DNA of 64,000 nt. Source: an uncultured Thermoleophilia bacterium. Its GTDB lineage: Bacteria; Actinomycetota; Thermoleophilia; UBA2241. The notes beneath the pieces are model-generated. The model was not told the origin of the DNA, made no database searches, and saw only the letters and a list, made by a program, of their open reading frames with translations. Positions within the stretch are counted from its first letter, which is position 1, and each line of letters opens with the position of its first letter. Location: positions 160,001 to 224,000 of the forward strand of contig CAVPCT010000001.1 of assembly GCA_963702475.1 (NCBI GenBank), read 5' to 3'. The translations under genes were made by a program, and so were the position numbers. Positions 28,945-38,041 of the stretch are shown one piece after another.

Positions 28945-30384
28945 ATGCTGTTCCCGACCATCACCTTCGCCGTCTTCTTCCTCGTCGTCTACGCGCTCAG
29001 CTGGCTGCTGATGCCGCGGTTCCGGCTGTGGAAGTGGTTCATCATCGCGGCGAGCTACGTGTTCTACGGCTGGTGGGACTGGCGCTTCGTCCTGCTGCTC
29101 GTGGTCGCCACCATCGCCAACCAGGCGCTGGCGGTGCAGATCCGGCGGGCGCGCGGCCGGCGCAGCGGGGCGCGCGCCGCGAAGGGTTGGCTCACCCTCT
29201 CAGTCGTCTTCAACCTCGGCCTGCTCGGCTACTTCAAGTACGTCGACTTCTTCGCCGTGAACCTCGACCACCTGCTCAGCAGCATCGGTCTGGGGGCGCC
29301 GCTGCCGCTGTTGCGCGTGCTGCTCCCGGTGGGCATCTCGTTCCTCGTGTTCCGCGTGCTCACCTACACGATCGACATCTACCGCGGGCAGCTGGCGCCG
29401 GCCTCCACCCTGGACTTCGGCGTGTACGTCGCCTTCTTCCCTTACCTCCTCGCGGGGCCCATCGCCCGGGCCCGCGACTTCCTCCCGCAGCTGGCCTCGC
29501 CCAGGAACCCGCACTCCGTGGACGCCGGGCGCGCCTTCGTGCTCATCCTCGGGGGCCTCGCCAAGAAGCTTTGGATAGCGGACTACCTGTCCACGCACAT
29601 CGTCAACGGGGTCTTCCTGTCGCCGCAGTCCTACTCGGCCTGGGAGACGGCGTGGGCCATCGCCGCCTACTCCGTGCAGATCTACTGCGACTTCAGCGCC
29701 TACAGCGACATCGCCATCGGCATCTCGCTGTTGCTCGGGTTCGAACTGCCCGAGAACTTCAACGCCCCGTACACGGCGCGCACCGTCCAGGACTTCTGGC
29801 GCCGCTGGCACATCACCCTCTCCAGCTGGCTGCGCGACTACCTCTACATCCCGCTGGGCGGGAACCGCAAGGGACCCGGGCGCACCTACGTGAACCTCAT
29901 CGTGACGATGCTGCTCGGCGGCCTCTGGCACGGCGCCGGGTGGAACTTCATCCTCTGGGGCGGCATGCACGGCGTAGGCATGGCGCTGGAGCGGGCCCGC
30001 GGCGAGACGCGGCGGCGGCGCGGCATCCCGGACCCGGGTCGCACGGCCGGCGCGCGGGCGCTGCAGCGCGCCGGCGTGTTCGTGTTCGTCAGCATCGCCT
30101 GGGTGTTCTTCCGGGCCGACTCCGTCGGCGCCGCCTTCTCGGTGCTCTGGCGCCTGATCGCGGGGCTGGGCAGCATCGGCACGGCCGTCACCTGGCCGGT
30201 GGTCGGGCTCGTCGTGGTGGGCGTCGCCATCCAGTACGTGCCGCGCGGCTTCATCGAGCGCCTGGAGGGAGGGCTCTCGCGCATCGGGTGGGCCGGGCAG
30301 GCCGCGGTGCTGGCGGTGGGTCTGTTCCTGATCGACACGCTGGGGCCGCAGGGCGCGGCCGAGTTCCTCTACTTCAAGTTCTGA
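28945..30384 (+). CDS. MBOAT O-acyltransferase (AlgI/PatA-like), second copy
   Basis: Same motifs as 26054-27712; C-terminal FLYFKF. Confidence 0.95.
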   Translation: MLFPTITFAVFFLVVYALSWLLMPRFRLWKWFIIAASYVFYGWWDWRFVLLLVVATIANQALAVQIRRARGRRSGARAAKGWLTLSVVFNLGLLGYFKYVDFFAVNLDHLLSSIGLGAPLPLLRVLLPVGISFLVFRVLTYTIDIYRGQLAPASTLDFGVYVAFFPYLLAGPIARARDFLPQLASPRNPHSVDAGRAFVLILGGLAKKLWIADYLSTHIVNGVFLSPQSYSAWETAWAIAAYSVQIYCDFSAYSDIAIGISLLLGFELPENFNAPYTARTVQDFWRRWHITLSSWLRDYLYIPLGGNRKGPGRTYVNLIVTMLLGGLWHGAGWNFILWGGMHGVGMALERARGETRRRRGIPDPGRTAGARALQRAGVFVFVSIAWVFFRADSVGAAFSVLWRLIAGLGSIGTAVTWPVVGLVVVGVAIQYVPRGFIERLEGGLSRIGWAGQAAVLAVGLFLIDTLGPQGAAEFLYFKF

Positions 30385-30409
30385 GCCGGGTGACGGCTGC
30401 GGAGACCTG

Positions 30410-31783
30410 ATGGCGGACTGGGACGACGAGGGCAGGGACAACAGGCCGTTCCCGGACGGGGACGATGAGGACCTGTTCGTGTGGGGCGAGCTGCGGCCGC
30501 CGGCGCGGTCGCCGGGGCGCGAGCCCCCACGGCCGCGCCGGGACAGGCCCGGACCCGTGCCGGCGGCTTGGGACGATCTCGACCGGACGGCTCGGTACCG
30601 GCCGGCGGAGCCCCGGCCGCGGCCGCGGCCCGACGAGGACGACACCGGCGGGTATGAGGTGCCGACCGGGCGGCCGCGCCCGGCCGACGTGCGCCGCGAC
30701 ACGCGGTACGGCGCCGACGACGAGTGGCAGGAGTGGCTCGATCCGGGAGAGGGAGCGCAGTCCCGCCGGCCGGTGCCCGGCGAAGGGCCCGGCGGCCCGT
30801 TCGGGCCCGACGCGCTCGGGCCGTTGCCCGAGCGCGCCAGGCCACGCCGCCGCCGGGCCTCCGCCGGCGCCGTGCTCGCCGCCATGTTGCTCGGCTTCCT
30901 GGTCGCCGGCCTGCTCGACGCCGCCGCCATCCAGAAGCGCGTCGAGGGCGAGGAGCTCGGCGGCATGCGCAGCCTGCAGCTCGCCCTGCTCAAGCCGGTC
31001 GTCGCGGCGAGCGGCTGGCTGCAGCTCGACCGCCCGGCCGAGGCGCTCAACGCCGCCCTCGGCCGCGGCGAGGAGAAGCACCACACGCTCGCCGAGACGA
31101 AGACGCAGAAGAAGTCGCACTGGCCGCGGGAGATCACCGCGGCCAAGCCACTGCGCCTGTGGATCATCGGCGACTCGATGGGCCAGGTCTTCGGCTCGTC
31201 GCTCGAGAACCTCGCCGAGGACACGGGGCTGATCAAAGCCAAGATGGAGTACAAGGTGTCCAGCGGTCTCAGCCGTCCGGACTTCTACGACTGGCCGCAG
31301 CACATGATCGACCAGATCGTCGACTGGAACCCCGACGCTACCGCCGTGCTGTTCGGCGCCAACGACGGCCAGAACTACTACCACGAGGGCAGGGTCCTCA
31401 AGGTCGGCACCAAGGCCTGGCAGGCGGAGTACGCGAGACGTGTGGGCAAGGCGATGAAGATCCTCACCAGAGGCGGCCGCCGCGTGTACTGGGTCGGGCA
31501 GCCCATCATGCGCAACTCCGTGTATCGAGACAAGACGGCGATGATCGACAAGATCTACGCGGCCGAGGCCAAGAAGCACGACGGGGTGCAGTACATCTCC
31601 ACGTGGATGCTCTTCGCCAACGAGAAGGGCGGGTACACGGAGGCGCTGAAGGACGAGGGCGGCGACCTCGTGATCATGCGCGCTCCCGACGGCGTCCATC
31701 TCACGCGCGCCGGCGGCGACCGCATGGCGCAGGTCGTGCTGGACGTCATCGAGCAGGACTGGGGCATCCCGCAGCAGCCGTAA
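30410..31783 (+). CDS. SGNH hydrolase (DUF459/PatB-like) with long disordered N-terminus
   Basis: About 145 aa D/E/R/P-rich region, a TM segment, then GDSM, GANDGQ and DGVHLT. Confidence 0.85.
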   Translation: MADWDDEGRDNRPFPDGDDEDLFVWGELRPPARSPGREPPRPRRDRPGPVPAAWDDLDRTARYRPAEPRPRPRPDEDDTGGYEVPTGRPRPADVRRDTRYGADDEWQEWLDPGEGAQSRRPVPGEGPGGPFGPDALGPLPERARPRRRRASAGAVLAAMLLGFLVAGLLDAAAIQKRVEGEELGGMRSLQLALLKPVVAASGWLQLDRPAEALNAALGRGEEKHHTLAETKTQKKSHWPREITAAKPLRLWIIGDSMGQVFGSSLENLAEDTGLIKAKMEYKVSSGLSRPDFYDWPQHMIDQIVDWNPDATAVLFGANDGQNYYHEGRVLKVGTKAWQAEYARRVGKAMKILTRGGRRVYWVGQPIMRNSVYRDKTAMIDKIYAAEAKKHDGVQYISTWMLFANEKGGYTEALKDEGGDLVIMRAPDGVHLTRAGGDRMAQVVLDVIEQDWGIPQQP

Positions 31784-31903
31784 GCGCGCCCCGGCGCCTG
31801 TCCCCGGCGCCTCCGGGCGCGCTCTCCTGCGTCGCCTGCCCGTGGCGGACGGCGCCGGCCGGACGCTCCTTGCGCAAGCAGCGTCAGGCCGGGCCGGCCG
31901 CGG

Positions 31904-32935
31904 TCACCAGGCCCGCACCTCGCCGGCATCGGTGATCCAGTCGCGGGTGAGGAACAGCCAGAAGGCCAGCCCGGCGAAGGGCCCGTAGGGCCGGAACCGC
32001 CGGCGGATCGTGGCGTCGGGCACCAGCCTGCCCGCGTGCTTGCCGACCAGGCGGGCGTACTTGGGCCTGGTCCAGGAGTCGAACACCAAACGCGAGTGGC
32101 GCCCGAGCAGCATCATGATGTGTGCGGCCGCGTAGGGTCCGACGCCGGGGAGTGCCAGCAGCCGCCGCTCCACCTCGTCGTCGGGCAGTCCGTCGGCCGG
32201 CGTCTCGTACAGCTCCTCGAGGTCGACCTCTCCGCCGGCGACGGAGGCGGCGAGGGCGCGCAGGCGCGGTCCGCGGTAGCCGGCCCGCGCCACCTCGCGG
32301 TAGAAGCTCTCGGGTGCCGCAGCCATGGCGACGGGGCTGGGAAAGGCGTGCCCGGCGCAACGTTCGCCCGAGGGACCCGGCGCCCGCTCCCCCAGTCCTC
32401 GCACCAGGGCGGCGACCATGCGCTCGGTCGCCGCCCAGGCGCAGTTGGTGGTGCACACGGTCTTGACCACGTCCTCGAAGACCGTCGGACTGCGCACCAT
32501 GCGCCCGGCGCCGGAGCACGCCCAGGCGAGCGCCGGGTCGCCCGCCGCCTTGGCGTAGAAGGCGCTGAGGTCGTCGTCCAGGCAGAGCATGCGCCGCACC
32601 GCCCCCGTCAGGGCCGTCGCCGCGGCCCGTGTCACGGGTGCGCCGGCGTCGGCGGTGGAGATGCCGACGTAAGCGACGGGGAAAGCCCGGTGTTGGTCCG
32701 GGGCGCCGTGAGGGCAGCTGCCGTCGACGGAGCAGCCCGGCGCGCTGCCGGCCGCCGGAGCCACGCGCACGGTCCGAGGGCCGCCGGGCGCGGCCAGCGT
32801 CACGGCGAACGACAGGCCGCGAGCGTCCACCGCCGCCGGCGGCAGCGAGGCGATCCCGTGCGAGAGGAGGGTACGGCGCAGATCCACGGGCTCTCCCGCC
32901 GGGCCGCGCAGGGTGAGTCCGGCGAACGCGCTCAC
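31904..32935 (-). CDS. HhH-GPD DNA glycosylase-like protein (AlkA/OGG family)
   Basis: SPTVFEDVVKTVCTTNCAW, AGYR, HhH LLALPGVGPYAA. GTG start overlaps the EamA stop. Confidence 0.8.
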   Translation of the reverse strand: MSAFAGLTLRGPAGEPVDLRRTLLSHGIASLPPAAVDARGLSFAVTLAAPGGPRTVRVAPAAGSAPGCSVDGSCPHGAPDQHRAFPVAYVGISTADAGAPVTRAAATALTGAVRRMLCLDDDLSAFYAKAAGDPALAWACSGAGRMVRSPTVFEDVVKTVCTTNCAWAATERMVAALVRGLGERAPGPSGERCAGHAFPSPVAMAAAPESFYREVARAGYRGPRLRALAASVAGGEVDLEELYETPADGLPDDEVERRLLALPGVGPYAAAHIMMLLGRHSRLVFDSWTRPKYARLVGKHAGRLVPDATIRRRFRPYGPFAGLAFWLFLTRDWITDAGEVRAW

Positions 32936-33864
32936 CCGGCGGCGATGAGGGCCACTCCGGCGAGCGCCACGGCCACGCCGGCCACCTGATGCCTCGCGAT
33001 GCGCTCGCGCAGCACGACGTAGGCGAGAAGCACCGTCACGACGGGGTAGACCGAGCCCAGCACGGCCACCAGGCTCAGATACCCCTGCGTGGTGGCCACG
33101 GAGAACAGGCCGTTGGCGCTGGTGTCGAGGATGCCGACGGCGATGAGGTACGGCACGGCCGCGCGCGTCATGCGGACGCGCGGCCTCAGCACCAGGAACA
33201 GCACCGCGAACAACGTGGCAGACGACATGCGTCCGCCCAGCATGGCCCACAGGGGATCGTGCCGGGCCGTGACGTCGTAGCCCACGAGCACGAGACCGAT
33301 GCACAGCGCCGCGAGCAACGCCAGGCCCACGGCGAGACGGTGGTCGCGCCGCGCCGGCCGCGCCGCGGTCGCGACGCCGAGACCGCCGCGCACCGCCTCC
33401 GGCTCCACCGCCGGCTCGTTGGGGAGCGCGGCTACGCCGATCGTCTCGCCGGGACGCTCCGGTTCGACGGCGGCGAGCACGACGCCGACGGCCGCCAGGG
33501 CGACCCCCACCAGCTGGACCGTGCCCGGCCGCTCCCCGCTGATGATGCCGGCCACGAACGGCACCACGGCACTCGTCGCGCTGATGGGGGCGACGATGCT
33601 CATCGTCCCGATGGCAAGGGCCTTGTAGAACGACGAGATGGCGACCACGCTGGCCATCCCGCCGAGCAGGACCGGCCACACCACGCCGAGGCCGGGCCAG
33701 GCGTGGCCGGTACCCAGCGTGACGGCTGCGGCTGCGGCGAGCCCCACCGCCTGGCTCCCGAGGATGACGGCCCACAAGCTGGCGCGGCGCGCGGTGAGGC
33801 CGCCCAGGAAGTCGCCCGATCCCCAGCAGAGGGAGGCGCCGAGGGCGAGAGCGATGGCGAGCAT
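32932..33864 (-). CDS. EamA/DMT family transporter
   Basis: WGSGDFLGG, GTMSIVAPISA and SVYPVVTVLLA..LRERI. Confidence 0.9.
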   Translation of the reverse strand: MLAIALALGASLCWGSGDFLGGLTARRASLWAVILGSQAVGLAAAAAVTLGTGHAWPGLGVVWPVLLGGMASVVAISSFYKALAIGTMSIVAPISATSAVVPFVAGIISGERPGTVQLVGVALAAVGVVLAAVEPERPGETIGVAALPNEPAVEPEAVRGGLGVATAARPARRDHRLAVGLALLAALCIGLVLVGYDVTARHDPLWAMLGGRMSSATLFAVLFLVLRPRVRMTRAAVPYLIAVGILDTSANGLFSVATTQGYLSLVAVLGSVYPVVTVLLAYVVLRERIARHQVAGVAVALAGVALIAAG

Positions 33865-33924
33865 GCCCGGAGGCTATCACGGCCGGTGGTAGGCTTGACG
33901 GGCGCCGCTCCCGGCGCCGCCGTC

Positions 33925-34284
33925 ATGACCGAGCCCATCGACATCCCCGAGAGCGACGACGACCTCCTCGCCCAGTGCGACGTGGAGACGTTCCGTGCCG
34001 GCGGGCCCGGCGGCCAGCACCAGAACGTCACCGACAGCGCCGTGCGGCTGCGGCACCGCCCGAGCGGCGTCACGGTCACGTGCCGGGCGCAGCGCAGCCA
34101 ATACCTGAACAAGATGGACGCCCTGCGGCGGCTCCGCCTCAAGCTGCGGCGCCTGAACGAGCCGCCGCCCCCGCCGCGCAAGGCCACACGGCCGTCGCGC
34201 GCGGCGGTCGAGAGGCGGCTTGCGGAGAAGCGCGGGCGGGCGGCCCTCAAGCGCCTGCGCCGCCCGCCCGGGACCGCCGAGTGA
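33925..34284 (+). CDS. arfB: ArfB-like peptidyl-tRNA hydrolase (RF-1 GGQ domain)
   Basis: AGGPGGQHQNVTDSAVRL, RSQYLNK, basic tail RKATRPSRAAVERRLAEK. Confidence 0.8.
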   Translation: MTEPIDIPESDDDLLAQCDVETFRAGGPGGQHQNVTDSAVRLRHRPSGVTVTCRAQRSQYLNKMDALRRLRLKLRRLNEPPPPPRKATRPSRAAVERRLAEKRGRAALKRLRRPPGTAE

Positions 34285-34291
34285 GGACGGC

Positions 34292-35101
34292 GTGACCACC
34301 CTCCTGGCGGTCTTCGCGGTCGCCGTCGTGGCGGGGGTGTTCGGCAGCATGCTGGGCGTGGGTGGCGGCATCATCATGGTGCCGATGCTCTCGCTGGCGT
34401 TCGGGGCGCCGATCAAGGTCGCCATCGCCACGAGCATCGTCTGCGTCATCGCCACGTCCACCGTCGCCCAGACCAGCTTTGCTCGTCGCGGCATGACCAA
34501 CATGAGGCTCGGCATGCTCCTCGAGATCGCCACGACGGTCGGCGCGGTGGCCGGCGGCGTGACCGCCGTCCTCATCCAGGGGAGCGTCCTGCAGGTCGCC
34601 TTCTCCGTCCTCCTGGTCTACGTGGCGTGGATGATGAACCGGCGCCGTGGCGACGCCGTGCCGGAGCCCACCGGGGTGCTGGAGGACTCCTACTACGACC
34701 CCGCGCTGAGGGAGCAGGTGACCTACGGGTGCAGGCGCGTGCCGCTCGGGTTCGTGCTCAGCCTGGTCGCCGGCAACGTCTCTGGGCTGCTCGGCGTCGG
34801 GGGCGGGGCCTTCAAGGTCCCGGTGATGAACCTGCTGATGGGCGTGCCGCTCAAGGCCACCATCGCCACCAGCAACCTCATGATCGGTGTGACCGCCGCG
34901 GCGAGCGCCGCGATCTTCTACGGGCGCGGGTACATGGACCCGCGGTTCGCCGTGCCCGCCGCCCTGGGCATCCTCCTGGGCGCGCGCTTCGGCCCGGGAC
35001 TGGCCGTGCGTCTCTCCGCCCGGGCCCTGGGCGTCGCCTTCCAGGTGGTCCTGGTCGCGTTCGCGCTGCTGATGGCGCTGCAGGCGGCGGGGGTGGTGTG
35101 A
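34292..35101 (+). CDS. TauE/SafE sulfite exporter family protein
   Basis: GSMLGVGGGIIMVP, SGLLGVGGGAFKVP and ATSNLMIGVTA. Confidence 0.9.
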   Translation: MTTLLAVFAVAVVAGVFGSMLGVGGGIIMVPMLSLAFGAPIKVAIATSIVCVIATSTVAQTSFARRGMTNMRLGMLLEIATTVGAVAGGVTAVLIQGSVLQVAFSVLLVYVAWMMNRRRGDAVPEPTGVLEDSYYDPALREQVTYGCRRVPLGFVLSLVAGNVSGLLGVGGGAFKVPVMNLLMGVPLKATIATSNLMIGVTAAASAAIFYGRGYMDPRFAVPAALGILLGARFGPGLAVRLSARALGVAFQVVLVAFALLMALQAAGVV

Positions 35102-35538
35102 TGGGCGACGAGCCGCGGGACCCGCGCCTGATCGCGGCCGACAGCGCTGCTCGCGAGGAAACGCCCGGCGGCGCGCCGGCGTCCGCGTCGCCGCCGGCGC
35201 ACGTTATGGACCCGCTCGAGCGCACGGTCCAGCGGGTGCTGCGCGACGGCCTCGCCGTGAGCTTCGCGCTGATGGCGGTGGGGATCGTGCTGGCGGTGGC
35301 CCGCGGTCAGGGTCTCGCCCCGCGCGTGGTGCCGCTCGGTGAGCTCGGCGCCGGACTGGTCGCCCTCGACTCCGCCGCCTACCTCTCGCTCGGCCTGATC
35401 GCGCTGATCGCGACGCCGTTCGTGCGCGTGGCCGGCTCGCTGCTCGCCTTCATGCGGCTCCGCGACCGGCGCTACGCCCTGGTGACGGCGGTCGTGCTGG
35501 CGGTGATGTTCGTGAGCGTCGCCCTCGGAAAGGCCTGA
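35101..35538 (+). CDS. DUF1634 family membrane protein
   Basis: LGLIALIATPFVRV..DRRYA; translationally coupled to TauE, the usual pairing. Confidence 0.85.
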   Translation: MGDEPRDPRLIAADSAAREETPGGAPASASPPAHVMDPLERTVQRVLRDGLAVSFALMAVGIVLAVARGQGLAPRVVPLGELGAGLVALDSAAYLSLGLIALIATPFVRVAGSLLAFMRLRDRRYALVTAVVLAVMFVSVALGKA

Positions 35539-35544
35539 GCGGGC

Positions 35545-35618
35545 CAGCCTGGCGGAACGACGGCCTGACCGGGCGCGCAGCCCGGCGGAACGAACGCCGG
35601 AGCGGGCGCGCGGCCCGG
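35545..35618. repeat. Imperfect 33-bp tandem repeat (about 2.2 copies)
   Basis: CAGCCTGGCGGAACGACGGCCTGACCGGGCGCG / CAGCCCGGCGGAACGAACGCCGGAGCGGGCGCG / CGGCCCGG between convergent genes. Confidence 0.55.
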
Positions 35619-35626
35619 TCGCGGTC

Positions 35627-36886
35627 TCAGAGCGCGCAGGACGGCGGCGCGTCCAGGCCGCGCACCGCCGCCGCGGCGCGGCGCCCCGATTGCAGGGCGC
35701 CCTGCAGCGATCCGGTGTCGCGGTGGTCGCCGCACACGAAGAGCCCCTCGCGCAGTCGCACCGGGCGCTGGGCGGACGGCAGGGCGGCCGGCGTCTGCAC
35801 CGGAAGGGCGAACGGGATGCGGTGCACGGCCAGGCGCCGCCACGCGTCGACCTGGGCGCCGAACCAGCGCCGCACTTGATCGCGCACGGCGTCGTCGAGC
35901 GCTTCGTCGTCCAGCGGCGGTATGCCGAGGATGCTGGCCGACACGAGCGCCGCGCCCGACGGCGCATAGCTGGGCGCCACGTCGCTGGGCACGCACAGCG
36001 TGTTGACCGGGCCCTGACGCTCGCCGTTGAGCACGAGCACCGGCTCGTTGACCGGCGAGCGTCCGGCCGCGTAGTACACGCACGTGGTGGCACGGCCGGC
36101 CGGCGCCTCCAGGGCGCCGGTGAGCCGCGCCGCCTCGGGTCCGTCCGCGGCCACGACCACGGCGGCGGCCTCAACGCGCTCGCCTCCGGCGAGCGTGACA
36201 CCGCCGCCGTCCACGGCCTCGACCGTGCAGCTCAGGCGCAGCGCGCCCCCCGGCAGGCGTGAGGCCAGTTGCCGGGGCAAAGCCTGCATGCCGCCTGCCG
36301 GCAGTGTGGCTTCGCCCTCCGCGAACATCTTGAAGACGAAGGCGAAGAGGCGGCTGGATGTCTCGAGCGTCGGGTCCAGGAAGATGCCGCCGAGGTACGG
36401 CCGCCAGAACCCGTCGATCATGTCTGCGGAGAGACCCTCGCGCCTGAGCGCCTGTGCCGTGGTGACCTGCGGAGCGTCGAGGAGCTCGTTCAGCGAGTGG
36501 CCGATGAGACGCGAGCGCAGGCGGGCCACACGGAGCTTGTCGAGCAGGGAGCCGGGACCCTGGCCCAGGGACCTGGCGGCGTCCATCGGGTGCCGGAACG
36601 GGTCGGCGAAGCGGCTCACCCGTCCCTCGCGCCAGACGAGGGCGCCGGCGTAGAACGGGCGCAGGCCGAGCGCTTCGTAATCGAAGGCATGCCGCGCCTC
36701 GGGGTACGCGGTGGGAAACACCTGGAACCCGCGATCGAGCAGGAACCCGTCCGCGGCGTCGGTCCGCACGCGTCCTCCCGCAGCGCCGGAGCGCTCGAGC
36801 ACGAGCACGTCGGCGCCGTGACGCGCCAGCTCCACGGCGCAGCTCAGGCCGGCCAGGCCGGCGCCGACGACGACGACGTCGCTCAC
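35627..36886 (-). CDS. FAD-dependent oxidoreductase (flavin amine oxidase/protoporphyrinogen oxidase-like)
   Basis: VVVVGAGLAGL, GGRVRTD, LDRGFQV and CGDHRDTGSLQGALQSG. GTG overlaps the MarR stop. Confidence 0.9.
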   Translation of the reverse strand: MSDVVVVGAGLAGLSCAVELARHGADVLVLERSGAAGGRVRTDAADGFLLDRGFQVFPTAYPEARHAFDYEALGLRPFYAGALVWREGRVSRFADPFRHPMDAARSLGQGPGSLLDKLRVARLRSRLIGHSLNELLDAPQVTTAQALRREGLSADMIDGFWRPYLGGIFLDPTLETSSRLFAFVFKMFAEGEATLPAGGMQALPRQLASRLPGGALRLSCTVEAVDGGGVTLAGGERVEAAAVVVAADGPEAARLTGALEAPAGRATTCVYYAAGRSPVNEPVLVLNGERQGPVNTLCVPSDVAPSYAPSGAALVSASILGIPPLDDEALDDAVRDQVRRWFGAQVDAWRRLAVHRIPFALPVQTPAALPSAQRPVRLREGLFVCGDHRDTGSLQGALQSGRRAAAAVRGLDAPPSCAL

Positions 36887-37398
36887 AGCGGCGCTCCCTC
36901 CCGTGCCGCCTCGAGCCGCGTCGCGGCCGGACCCGCGGCCGCGGCGCCCGGCAGCACGCGCTCCCAGTACGCTGCGAGGCCGGCCAGGTCCTCGGCGCCG
37001 AAGTGGCTGAGAAAGAGCCGGCGGACGCCGGCCAGGTGGGTGGGCCGCGCCACCGCGAGCTTCTCCCGTCCGCCGGCCGTGAGGACCGCCCAGTACCCGC
37101 GACCGTCCTCGTCGCACCGCTCGCGGCGCACGAGTCCGTCGCGCTCCAGGCGGTCCACGAGGCGGCTCACCCCGCTCGCGCTGAGCAGCACGGAGGCGCT
37201 CAGCTCGCTCATGCGGAGGCGTTCTCCGGAGGCCTCGCCGAGGTGCAGCAGCACCTCGTACGAGCGCAGGCCGATGCCGTGGGCCGTGCTGAGGTCGGTG
37301 TCCATCGTGCGCAGCAGGTAGGCATGCACGCGCAGCATGCCGCGCCAGGCCGCGAGCTCCGCGGCGCTCAGGGCGGCGTTGTGGGTCGGCTGCGTCAT
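36883..37398 (-). CDS. MarR family regulator
   Basis: YEVLLHL, RMSELS, SRLVDRLERDGLVRR and DGRG. Confidence 0.9.
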   Translation of the reverse strand: MTQPTHNAALSAAELAAWRGMLRVHAYLLRTMDTDLSTAHGIGLRSYEVLLHLGEASGERLRMSELSASVLLSASGVSRLVDRLERDGLVRRERCDEDGRGYWAVLTAGGREKLAVARPTHLAGVRRLFLSHFGAEDLAGLAAYWERVLPGAAAAGPAATRLEAAREGAPL

Positions 37399-37412
37399 GT
37401 CTCCCCCGACTG

Positions 37413-37426
37413 CTTGACTGGTCAAG
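37413..37426. promoter_or_regulatory. Palindrome CTTGAC-TG-GTCAAG, likely MarR operator
   Basis: Perfect 6-bp inverted repeat between a TATACA -10-like element and the marR RBS. Confidence 0.6.
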
Positions 37427-37612
37427 GGGAGTGTATACCTCACGGTGTCCTCCTGGTGATTGCACGGGGTGCACCCGCCGCGTAGAGTCACTCCCAGGCG
37501 GCCCCAGAGCCGTGGGGCCACGCTCCGGCTGCTCGCACAGAGGGCTCCCGTGTTTGCCGGCGGGAACGCTCTCAGTATCTACACGGTAGTTGAGTCGGAC
37601 GGAGGTCCGGTC

Positions 37613-37975
37613 ATGTCTGAGTCCAAACCATCGGCGTGGCAGCGACGTGAGCGGAGCCGTGATCTCACGGGTCTCGGCTGGCTCGAGGCGGACGTGCTCC
37701 GTGTGGTGTGGGACAACGGCGAAGTCACCGTGCGCGACGTGTACGAGGCGCTCCGCGAGCAGCGCCGCATCGCTTACACCACGGTCATGAGCGTGTTGCG
37801 CAACCTCGCCGCCAAGGGCCTGCTCGAGCAGGACCGGACCAAGGCTGCGTACGTCTACCGGCCCAAGGTCAGCGATGAAGAGGTGGCCAGAGGCATCCTC
37901 GACGCGCTGGTCGAGAAGATCATGGGCGGCCGTACGGAGCCGCTCATCGACTACCTGCAGCACCCGCGGCACTGA
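37613..37975 (+). CDS. BlaI/MecI/CopY family regulator
   Basis: LEADVLRVVW, TVRDV, IAYTTVMSVLRNLAAKGLL and YVYRP. Confidence 0.9.
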   Translation: MSESKPSAWQRRERSRDLTGLGWLEADVLRVVWDNGEVTVRDVYEALREQRRIAYTTVMSVLRNLAAKGLLEQDRTKAAYVYRPKVSDEEVARGILDALVEKIMGGRTEPLIDYLQHPRH

Positions 37976-38041
37976 CCGGAGCAGGAGCGCCGAAAGGCCG
38001 CGGGTCCGGGCTTTCCCGGACGGCCTCGTCGCCGGCCGGCG

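Noticed and set aside
35545-35618. 33-bp tandem repeat considered as a possible mini-CRISPR
   Set aside because: Only about two degenerate copies, no unique spacers and no cas genes.
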